Source of the DNA: Gammaproteobacteria bacterium
GTDB lineage: Bacteria; Pseudomonadota; Gammaproteobacteria; Ga0077536
NCBI GenBank assembly: GCA_963662545.2
Contig: CAXXLL010000002.1
Location: 2,432,001-2,496,000 of the forward strand
Length of the DNA stretch: 64,000 nucleotides
Direction: 5' to 3'
Shown: positions 22,566-29,709 of the stretch, piece after piece
How the letters are laid out: every line of letters starts with the position of its first letter
Position numbering within the stretch: position 1 is the stretch's first letter
Position numbers and translations under genes: made by a program
Notes under the pieces: model-generated
The model's database searches: none
The model's input: the letters and a program-made list of their open reading frames with translations, nothing else
What the model was told of the DNA's origin: nothing

Positions 22566-23045
22566 CTAGCGATCCTTTTTCCCAGCGACGCCTTGTGCAG
22601 ACCATTCCGTCGCGAGCCTGGAGCGCTCCACCAGTCGGAACGGCACCCGGAAAATCTCACCGCCGAGATCCACGACGAGATGGTCGTTATCGATTTCGAC
22701 CAGTACGCCCTGCAAACGCAGGCGTCCCTCGTACAAGGACCGCAACCGCATCGCTATGCGCTCCCCCACAAACCGCCGGTGCTGCTCCAAAGTGAACAGC
22801 GGCCGGTCGATCCCGGGGGAGGAAACTTCCAGCGTGTATTCACCGCGAATCAAACCTTCCACTTCTATCACGTCGCTGACCTGCCGGCTCACACGTTCGC
22901 AGTCTGCTGCGCTGATACCATTGCTCTGATCGATGTACAGCCGCAGCAGCTGCGCGCCGCTCGAGCGAATCCTTTCGATCCCGAGCAACTCGTATCCGAG
23001 CCCACGGACCGTGGGTTCCAGGAGTGTGAGCAACCTGTCTGCCAC
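22566..23045 (-). CDS. rimP: Ribosome maturation factor RimP
   Basis: LRLYID, DCERVSRQVS, YTLEVSSPGIDRPL. Confidence 0.95.
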   Translation of the reverse strand: MADRLLTLLEPTVRGLGYELLGIERIRSSGAQLLRLYIDQSNGISAADCERVSRQVSDVIEVEGLIRGEYTLEVSSPGIDRPLFTLEQHRRFVGERIAMRLRSLYEGRLRLQGVLVEIDNDHLVVDLGGEIFRVPFRLVERSRLATEWSAQGVAGKKDR

Positions 23046-23068
23046 GACAAAATCTCCACCCCAAAATA

Positions 23069-23096
23069 AAAAGCCCCGTTTACCCGGGGCCTTTTT
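23069..23096 (-). terminator. Intrinsic terminator downstream of tRNA-fMet
   Basis: Plus strand AAAAGCCCCG-TTTACC-CGGGGCCTTTT: GC hairpin with A/T tracts on both sides. Confidence 0.7.
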
Positions 23097-23103
23097 GAAT
23101 CCT

Positions 23104-23180
23104 TGGTAGCGGGGGCAGGATTTGAACCTGCGACCTTCGGGTTATGAGCCCGACGAGCTGCCAGACTGCTCCACCCCGCA
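23104..23180 (-). tRNA. Initiator tRNA-fMet (CAT)
   Basis: 77-nt cloverleaf TGCGGGGTGGAGCAGTCTGG...TCGGGCTCATAACCCGA...GGTTCAAATCC...ACCA; three G-C pairs in the anticodon stem; unpaired 1:72; metY-like position. Confidence 0.97.
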
Positions 23181-23250
23181 ATTGAGGCGCGTGATAATAG
23201 AGATTGCAGGGCCATTATTCAAGGCCCGCTCCGGACTTGCGTGGCTTTAG

Positions 23251-23412
23251 AGAACCTCTGAATAAGTCATGGCACATCTGCCTTGCCCATGAAATCGCGG
23301 AGCCTTACGTTACGAACCTTAGCCCTAGTCCCCGCTATGGGCTGCGATTCGTGCCTTGATCTGCACCATTGCATGAACCATTCAGACGCACCATGACTTA
23401 TTCAGAGGTTCC
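23251..23412. mobile_element. MITE family A copy 4
   Basis: Family termini; TTAG duplicated. Confidence 0.92.
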
Positions 23413-23427
23413 TTAGGCAAACGCGGG

Positions 23428-24702
23428 TCAGCTGATCGAGACGGATCGGCGCTGGCGGCCCCAACTCCCCGCAGCGCTCGAGAAGCGTCCGGCGCACGGC
23501 GTCCCGCAGCGCGGACAGCTCCCGTCGCGTCCGAGCGCATATTCACCGATCTCGTACCAGTGGCGTTGGATCAGCTTGAAATCACAGTGATGGCAGGAAG
23601 TCGCGTCTCCTTCGTCGTCGTGAATATTCCCGGTGTAGACGTAACGCAGTCCATTACTGATCGCGATGGCACGCGCCCGCTTGACAGTTGCGGGCGGTGT
23701 GTGCGGCACATTTCGCATCTTCCAATACCAGTGGCGTTGGATCAGCTTGAAATCACAGTGATGGCAGGAAGTCGCGTCTCCTTCGTCGTCGTGAATATTC
23801 CCGGTGTAGACGTAACGCAGTCCATTACTGATCGCGATGGCACGCGCCCGCTTGACAGTTGCGGGCGGTGTGTGCGGCACATTTCGCATCTTCCAATCGG
23901 GGTGGAACGCACTAAAATGTATGGGAATATCGGGGCCCAACCGTGCGGCTATCCATTGGCTCAATGCTTCGATCTCCCCGGGTGAATCGTTGTAACCAGG
24001 AATCAGCAGCGTCGTTATCTCGAGCCAGGTCGAGCTTTCGTGGACTATGTATTCGAGTGTCTCCAACACCGGTGCCAGCGCGCTTCCCGTGACCTTGCGA
24101 TAAAAATCTTCGCTGAACGCCTTGAGATCGACATTGGCGGCATCCATCACTTCGAAAAACTCCACCCGCGGCTCCGCGCAGATGTATCCCGCCGTGACCG
24201 CGACCGCACAAACCTCCAGTTCGTGGCATGAGCGGGCGACATCGATGGCGTATTCGTGAAATATCACCGGGTCGTTGTAAGTGAAGGCGACGCTGCGGCA
24301 GCCGTGCTCGTGGGCATAAGTCGCGATCGCCTCGGGCGAGGCGTGCGAGGCGAGCGTATCGGTTTCCCGCGACTTGCTGATGTCCCAGTTCTGGCAGAAT
24401 TTGCAGGCCAGATTGCAACCTGCAGTGCCGAAGGACAACACCGATGAACCGGGGAAAAAATGGTTGAGTGGCTTTTTCTCTATGGGATCGATGCAGAAGC
24501 CGCTCGATCGGCCATAGGTGGTGAGAATGATGCCCTCGCCATCGCGAGCGCGAACGAAACATAGACCGCGCTGCCCGTCGCGTAATTTACAAGCGCGTGG
24601 GCAGAGGTCACACTGCAGACGACCGTCGTCGAGACGATGCCAATAGCGGGTGGGAGCGACGAACGCCGGATCAAAACCGGGATCGCGGGCTAATTCGCTC
24701 AT
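23428..24702 (-). CDS. amrS: AmmeMemoRadiSam system radical SAM enzyme
   Basis: CDLCPRAC, DPIEKKPLNHF, GCNLACKFCQNWDIS, AFTYNDP; GGAGG RBS before ATG 24702; contains a 57-aa tandem duplication. Confidence 0.92.
   Translation of the reverse strand: MSELARDPGFDPAFVAPTRYWHRLDDGRLQCDLCPRACKLRDGQRGLCFVRARDGEGIILTTYGRSSGFCIDPIEKKPLNHFFPGSSVLSFGTAGCNLACKFCQNWDISKSRETDTLASHASPEAIATYAHEHGCRSVAFTYNDPVIFHEYAIDVARSCHELEVCAVAVTAGYICAEPRVEFFEVMDAANVDLKAFSEDFYRKVTGSALAPVLETLEYIVHESSTWLEITTLLIPGYNDSPGEIEALSQWIAARLGPDIPIHFSAFHPDWKMRNVPHTPPATVKRARAIAISNGLRYVYTGNIHDDEGDATSCHHCDFKLIQRHWYWKMRNVPHTPPATVKRARAIAISNGLRYVYTGNIHDDEGDATSCHHCDFKLIQRHWYEIGEYALGRDGSCPRCGTPCAGRFSSAAGSWGRQRRSVSIS
23556..23897. repeat. Exact 171-bp tandem duplication inside amrS
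   Basis: 23556-23726 is repeated at 23727-23897, in frame. Confidence 0.95.
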
Positions 24703-24868
24703 TTGCGTCCCTCCATAGGTCAAAAACCCGGTGGATCAGCACCGAAGCAGATTGAAAAATGACGCGTTCTAGCATTTCAACATTCTGATAATCCTACGAT
24801 TTTCACAGGTACTATAATTCCCGAAGCTGAAGTAACTATAGCGCACTGGAGCCGCTGGCGAAGACCTC

Positions 24869-25657
24869 GTGATCACTTCCCGACCCCCTGCCGTCGCCGG
24901 CATGTTTTACGCTGCCGACCCGGCCGAACTGCGCCGCGATGTCAACGCGCTGCTCGACGGCGTCGCCGTGCCACCGGGTGAACGCCCGCGCGTACTCGTA
25001 GCACCTCACGCGGGTTATGTTTATTCCGGCGCCGTGGCGGCAGAGGCTTATGCCAGGCTGCGGGCCTGGCGCGATTCGATCTCCCGGGTCGTAATCCTTG
25101 GACCGGCGCATCGAGTGCCGCTCAAGTGCATCGGGATTTCGAGCAAGGACGCGTTTGATACGCCGCTCGGCCCCGTTGCCATCGACACCGACGAGATAAC
25201 ACGTTTGCTTGAGCTGAGTCAGGTAGAAGTCAACGATCGGGCCCACGCCCCCGAGCATTCGCTCGAGGTGCACCTGCCTTTCCTGCAATGCGTGCTGAGC
25301 GATTTCAAAATCGTGCCGCTGATCGTCGGCGAAGCGGCACCCGCAGAGGTGGCCGACCTCACGCAGCGATGGTGGGATGACGACGCTACGGTCGTCGTCA
25401 TCAGTACCGATCTCAGCCATTTTCTCGACTACGACACAGCGCGGCGGGTAGACGGTATTACCGACGAATGGATCAGAGGCTTCGAATACGAATCCATCGG
25501 ACCCGAACACGCCTGCGGCTGCCGCCCGCTGAATGGCATGCTGCAATTCGCGCGTTTGCGCGATGCGCATATCGAACGCTTGAAGCTGTGCAATTCGGGG
25601 GACACTGCCGGTTCGCGCGACCGTGTCGTCGGCTACGCGTCTTATGCTTTGCGCTGA
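24869..25657 (+). CDS. amrB: AmmeMemoRadiSam system protein B (Memo-like)
   Basis: RPPAVAGMFY, PHAGYVYSG, EHSLEVHLPFLQ, STDLSHF, VVGYAS. Confidence 0.93.
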   Translation: MITSRPPAVAGMFYAADPAELRRDVNALLDGVAVPPGERPRVLVAPHAGYVYSGAVAAEAYARLRAWRDSISRVVILGPAHRVPLKCIGISSKDAFDTPLGPVAIDTDEITRLLELSQVEVNDRAHAPEHSLEVHLPFLQCVLSDFKIVPLIVGEAAPAEVADLTQRWWDDDATVVVISTDLSHFLDYDTARRVDGITDEWIRGFEYESIGPEHACGCRPLNGMLQFARLRDAHIERLKLCNSGDTAGSRDRVVGYASYALR

Positions 25658-26237
25658 GGCCGAGCTCATCGAGCGGCCCCGTCTGCAGGAACTAGCCGAG
25701 ATCGCGGTTAACTCGATTCACCACGGTTTGGAGCACGGACGTCCATTAGTCCGGGAGCCGCGCTCCGTGAGCGATACCCTGCGGGCGACAGGGGCATCTT
25801 TCGTCACCTTGAAACAGGACGGCGCCTTGAGGGGGTGCATTGGCTCGCTCGAGCGGCGTCGCGCCTTGGCCGAGGACGTCGCGGAGAACGCGTTTGCCGC
25901 GGCATTTCGCGATCCTCGGTTTCCGGGTTTGAAACGAGGTGAACTCGAGGTGACCATCGCGGAAGTCTCGGTCCTCTCCCACGCCGTGAAGCTCGAGTTC
26001 GACGACGAACAGGATCTCTTGACGCGATTGCGGCCCGGCATCGACGGACTTATTGTCGACCACGCAGGCCGGCGCGCGACCTACCTGCCGAGCGTGTGGG
26101 AACAGCTGCCCGATCCGCAGTCCTTCATCGACCAGCTACGATGCAAAGCGGGCATCGAAGCCGGCGTAGATCTTACCGCCATAAACGTGTCCCGCTACAC
26201 AGCGCAATACTCGGATCGGGTCCATCTTGCACTCTGA
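25644..26237 (+). CDS. amrA: AmmeMemoRadiSam system protein A (AMMECR1 domain)
   Basis: ASFVTL, LRGCIGS, AAFRDPRF, ATYLPSVWEQLP. Confidence 0.93.
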   Translation: MLCAEAELIERPRLQELAEIAVNSIHHGLEHGRPLVREPRSVSDTLRATGASFVTLKQDGALRGCIGSLERRRALAEDVAENAFAAAFRDPRFPGLKRGELEVTIAEVSVLSHAVKLEFDDEQDLLTRLRPGIDGLIVDHAGRRATYLPSVWEQLPDPQSFIDQLRCKAGIEAGVDLTAINVSRYTAQYSDRVHLAL

Positions 26238-26290
26238 GGCGGCGTCCGAAACGCCGTTCCGAACGACAGGATGCAAGTAAGAAATCCGGG

Positions 26291-27175
26291 CTACCGTGCG
26301 ATACAAGCGCCGATCGAATCGCGACGGCAGGTCCGGCCGTCGACCCAGATTGCGTTCGCCAGCTGCGCACCGGTAAGATCGGCGCCCGCGATCAACGCTC
26401 CCGACAGATCAGCAAACCGCAAGTCGGTACCCACCATCCGCGCATGGCCTAGTTTTGCGTGGCTAAGATTAGCGCCCACCATGCGTGCACCGCTCAAATT
26501 GGACAAACTCAGATCTGCGCCCGTCAAATCAGCGTAGGCCAGATTCGCGCCCGTGAGATCAGATCCTGCGATGACGGCGCCGACCAGCTTTGCATTGCGT
26601 GCTGAGAGCTTAACGAGGCTGCGATCGCCGATGCGAACGCCCGGCTTGTTGCAGAAATCCCAATTCACCTGTGCCGCAGCGGGTACCAGGCAGTCAGCCG
26701 AGCTCTGTTCGGTAGGCATCGAAAGGGCGACAGCGAGTATGAGGACCGTGATCAGCAAGGCTGCCGTTGCAATCATCGGCCCCCGCGTGCCCTGCGAGTG
26801 GGTTTTCAACCCGGCCCATATGCGCTCCGATCGTGCGCGGCGTTCAAGAACCTCGGCTGATTCGTGACTGCGGCGCTCGCTTCCGCCACGCTGTTCCTCA
26901 GCGGCGTGCGCTGGACCGGGACCCGGCGCACGGCGATCACCGCGACGCTCATCGAAAACCGCGAGCGCTACGCGCTCGCCATCGCAGCGCGCCGAATTCA
27001 ATCTGTCACGAAACGCCTTGACGCGCCGCCACCGGGACCGGTCCTCGCTAAGACGATCGTTATCGCGGATCCGTCCCAGCGCTACGTACGCGTCGATCGA
27101 TTCCCAACGAAAAGGACCCTTCACCTCATCGCCGCGTTTCACATACCAGAGACCGGGTTGCGTCTTCTTAGTCAT
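26291..27175 (-). CDS. Membrane-anchored pentapeptide-repeat protein
   Basis: N-terminal WYVKRGDEVKGPF, ERRxDRR/ERR motifs, one TM helix, C-terminal A(D/N)LxG repeats bracketed by cysteines. Confidence 0.8.
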   Translation of the reverse strand: MTKKTQPGLWYVKRGDEVKGPFRWESIDAYVALGRIRDNDRLSEDRSRWRRVKAFRDRLNSARCDGERVALAVFDERRGDRRAPGPGPAHAAEEQRGGSERRSHESAEVLERRARSERIWAGLKTHSQGTRGPMIATAALLITVLILAVALSMPTEQSSADCLVPAAAQVNWDFCNKPGVRIGDRSLVKLSARNAKLVGAVIAGSDLTGANLAYADLTGADLSLSNLSGARMVGANLSHAKLGHARMVGTDLRFADLSGALIAGADLTGAQLANAIWVDGRTCRRDSIGACIAR

Positions 27176-27355
27176 CGCCGTTGTATAGAAATCCGTGTTC
27201 TAAATGTCTGCTGCTTCGTCTGCCTTTTAGAGAGCTCGAGGACGTCCCGGGCGCTTCTCGCAAGTCTCGCGCCGTCATCCGGCAACGAACGTTAAAGCGG
27301 CTCGCCCCCTGAAGCCCATTGTCAAGTTTCATATTCAAATGCCGCTGTACAGGGC

Positions 27356-28597
27356 ATGCAGATCAACCTTCCGGGCAACCTGGTTCCCGCGCTGCCAACA
27401 CGCCCGGCGGCAACCCTACCGTGGGTGGTCAATCAGCTACTATCCGCTCAGGTTATCGGCCAGCCTCGGGCAAACTATACGCGGCTGGACATCGCCGGCC
27501 GGGTGATCACGGCACGAACCGAACTGCCCCTTATTACGGGCCAGAAACTCGCGTTGCGCGTCGCACATTCCGGACCCATAGTTGTGCTGAAGGTCCTCAG
27601 CCATGTCGCGGCCAGCAAACCCACTTCGATAAACCGTGTACTGGCTCGCGTCCTGCCCGGGCAGTCGTCCCTGCCCGAAACAATCCGCTTGTGGCGCGAA
27701 TTGGGTACACTCGCCCGCAGCACGACGGCGCTACCCGGGACGCGCGTATCGAATAGTCCGTTAACCGCCCTCCGTGAACGGGCCACGGAGTTCCTGCGCG
27801 CCTTGCCACTCGCACGCGATGTAACGTCGCCGAATACCTTGCGCGCCGCCGTCAAGCAAACCGTGATACCGACCGAAGCCAAGCTGTATGCCTCGACGCC
27901 CGCATGGCTGCACCCTGACCTCAGTCTCGACGTTCGCTGGCTAATCATGCGCGTCGGCCAGCAGCTCAATCACCTAGCGCCCGAAAAAGACTTTGCTAAA
28001 CCAAGCCCACGGCGCGGTTCGCAAACCGCAGAACCACGCGCCCAAGCGCGCCTGTTAAGAACCGCTGCTCCAGAGAAGACGGCGCACACCGGCGAAAGTT
28101 CGCAACCACGCCTGCCCGGAGTAGAGAGTACAGCTGCCGATTTGCGCCAATTGATAGACAGCGCGGTGGCGCGCATTCAAGCCAACCAATTACAGAATCT
28201 CGCGCTACCATCCGCAACAACGGGACCGTTGGTCATCGAACTGCCAATCGCGCGCGGCACCGAGGTCGATTTGCTGCGGTTCGAGTACGCGCCCGACGGA
28301 GACGCACAGCATGAAGGTGAAGAAAAGGCAACGCGGCGAGCGAGGCTTACCGTAAGCCTGCACATGGGCCAAGACCACGACTTCACTGCAGAAATACGCC
28401 TCGCGGGCACGTCGATGAACATTCGCGTCGGTTCGAACAACCCGACGATGAACGCACTGCTGGAACGGCGGCTCGACGTATTGCGCGCGGGCATCGAACG
28501 GCACGGATTCGACCTGTCCCGACTCGTGGTCGGACCTGTCGAGATTTGCACGTCCCCGCGCTCGATTCCGAATCACCTGGTGGATGATCGCATTTAA
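27356..28597 (+). CDS. FliK-like (hook-length control C-terminal domain) protein
   Basis: Pro/Ala-rich body, LIDSAVARIQANQL...IELPI pattern, C-terminal beta domain; directly upstream of an FlhB-C homologue. Confidence 0.6.
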   Translation: MQINLPGNLVPALPTRPAATLPWVVNQLLSAQVIGQPRANYTRLDIAGRVITARTELPLITGQKLALRVAHSGPIVVLKVLSHVAASKPTSINRVLARVLPGQSSLPETIRLWRELGTLARSTTALPGTRVSNSPLTALRERATEFLRALPLARDVTSPNTLRAAVKQTVIPTEAKLYASTPAWLHPDLSLDVRWLIMRVGQQLNHLAPEKDFAKPSPRRGSQTAEPRAQARLLRTAAPEKTAHTGESSQPRLPGVESTAADLRQLIDSAVARIQANQLQNLALPSATTGPLVIELPIARGTEVDLLRFEYAPDGDAQHEGEEKATRRARLTVSLHMGQDHDFTAEIRLAGTSMNIRVGSNNPTMNALLERRLDVLRAGIERHGFDLSRLVVGPVEICTSPRSIPNHLVDDRI

Positions 28598-28600
28598 ATT

Positions 28601-28924
28601 ATGAACAGGGCTAGCCCGCGTTTCCCACCACGGCCAGTCGCCCTCGCCGTCGCTTTACAATGGGACGGCGAGGCCGCACCGCGAGTCACGGCGAAAGGGT
28701 GCGGCGAAATCGCCGAACACATCATACAGGTGGCACGCCAGCATGGCGTTCCGCTGGAGGACGATCGGGAAATCGCAGAGATACTCGCCCAGGTCGACCT
28801 CGGCGCGCAGATTCCACAAGCCTTGTTCGTCGCCGTGGCCGAGATCATCGCGTTTGCATACATGGTTCGCGGCCAGCTACCCGATTCAGCTGCGCTTGAG
28901 GGGGATGAGCTAACAGGTTGTTGA
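28601..28924 (+). CDS. Stand-alone FlhB/YscU C-terminal domain protein (FlhX/YlqH-like)
   Basis: AVALQWDGEAAPRVTAKGCGEIAEHII...IPQALFVAVAEIIAF; last codons come from element B. Confidence 0.88.
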   Translation: MNRASPRFPPRPVALAVALQWDGEAAPRVTAKGCGEIAEHIIQVARQHGVPLEDDREIAEILAQVDLGAQIPQALFVAVAEIIAFAYMVRGQLPDSAALEGDELTGC

Positions 28925-29074
28925 AAAACTCGTTTTTCGACAGCCTGTGCCCGGCACAGGGATGTGCCGGCATCAATCGAGCACGCTATGTGCTTGATTG
29001 ATGGAGCAAGACGGAAACCGCGTTTTCGTCTTGCGAGTTGAAAAACGATAGGGACATCGTTTTTCAACAACCTG
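28914..29074. mobile_element. MITE-like family B element (161 bp, five tandem hairpins)
   Basis: Perfect 16-bp terminal inverted repeat CAGGTTGTTGAAAAAC; flanks CTAA/CTAG. Confidence 0.85.
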
Positions 29075-29127
29075 CTAGGCGCATCTACCCAGTTTGGGTA
29101 AGGCCCTGATGCCTGACTGCGATCGAT

Positions 29128-29709
29128 TCACTTCGCCAGGCTTTCGGCCTTGCGCCGCGCGCTGGCGGCTTGCACCGAATTTCCCTGCGCCGTTTCAATA
29201 TCCGCGATCAATCTCCATGCGGCCGCCTGTTCACCCGGACGCGCCGACACAAGCGATAAGGCCCGCTGTGCAAGTTCTGCAGCCTGCTTCAGTGTCCCCT
29301 TGCGGTAGTGCGTGAAAGCGAGCTGGGTCCAAAGACTCGAGTCGTTTGGCGAGAGCTTCAGCGCGCGTTCGAGCGCCGCTTGGGCGCGGTCCCACTCGCC
29401 CCGCCCCACCGACTGCATCGCCGCGGCGACCAGGCTTTGCACGGCCACATTCGGCGGCGGTGGCGTTCGATACGATTGTTCTGCTTTGGCAATTTGGATC
29501 GCCGGATACGCGACGCCGTCTCTCGCTGTGGTGGTTTCGATGCCCGATGCATCAATACTAGCGGCCCCTTCTCGCGCGGAAACATCTCGAGACGGGGCTC
29601 TGTCTTCAATCGGCGCCGTCTTTCGCAACTGCGAAGCCGGACCCGCGCAACCCGCCACAACGAAGGCCAGCACTAGAATTGCAACGATACGATCCACGGC
29701 TGAGCTCAA
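29128..29709 (-). CDS. TPR lipoprotein, probable LpoP-type PBP1B activator
   Basis: Lipobox VVAGC, AQAALERALKLSP TPR; overlaps the mrcB stop, as for Pseudomonas ponB-lpoP. Confidence 0.75.
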   Translation of the reverse strand: MSSAVDRIVAILVLAFVVAGCAGPASQLRKTAPIEDRAPSRDVSAREGAASIDASGIETTTARDGVAYPAIQIAKAEQSYRTPPPPNVAVQSLVAAAMQSVGRGEWDRAQAALERALKLSPNDSSLWTQLAFTHYRKGTLKQAAELAQRALSLVSARPGEQAAAWRLIADIETAQGNSVQAASARRKAESLAK

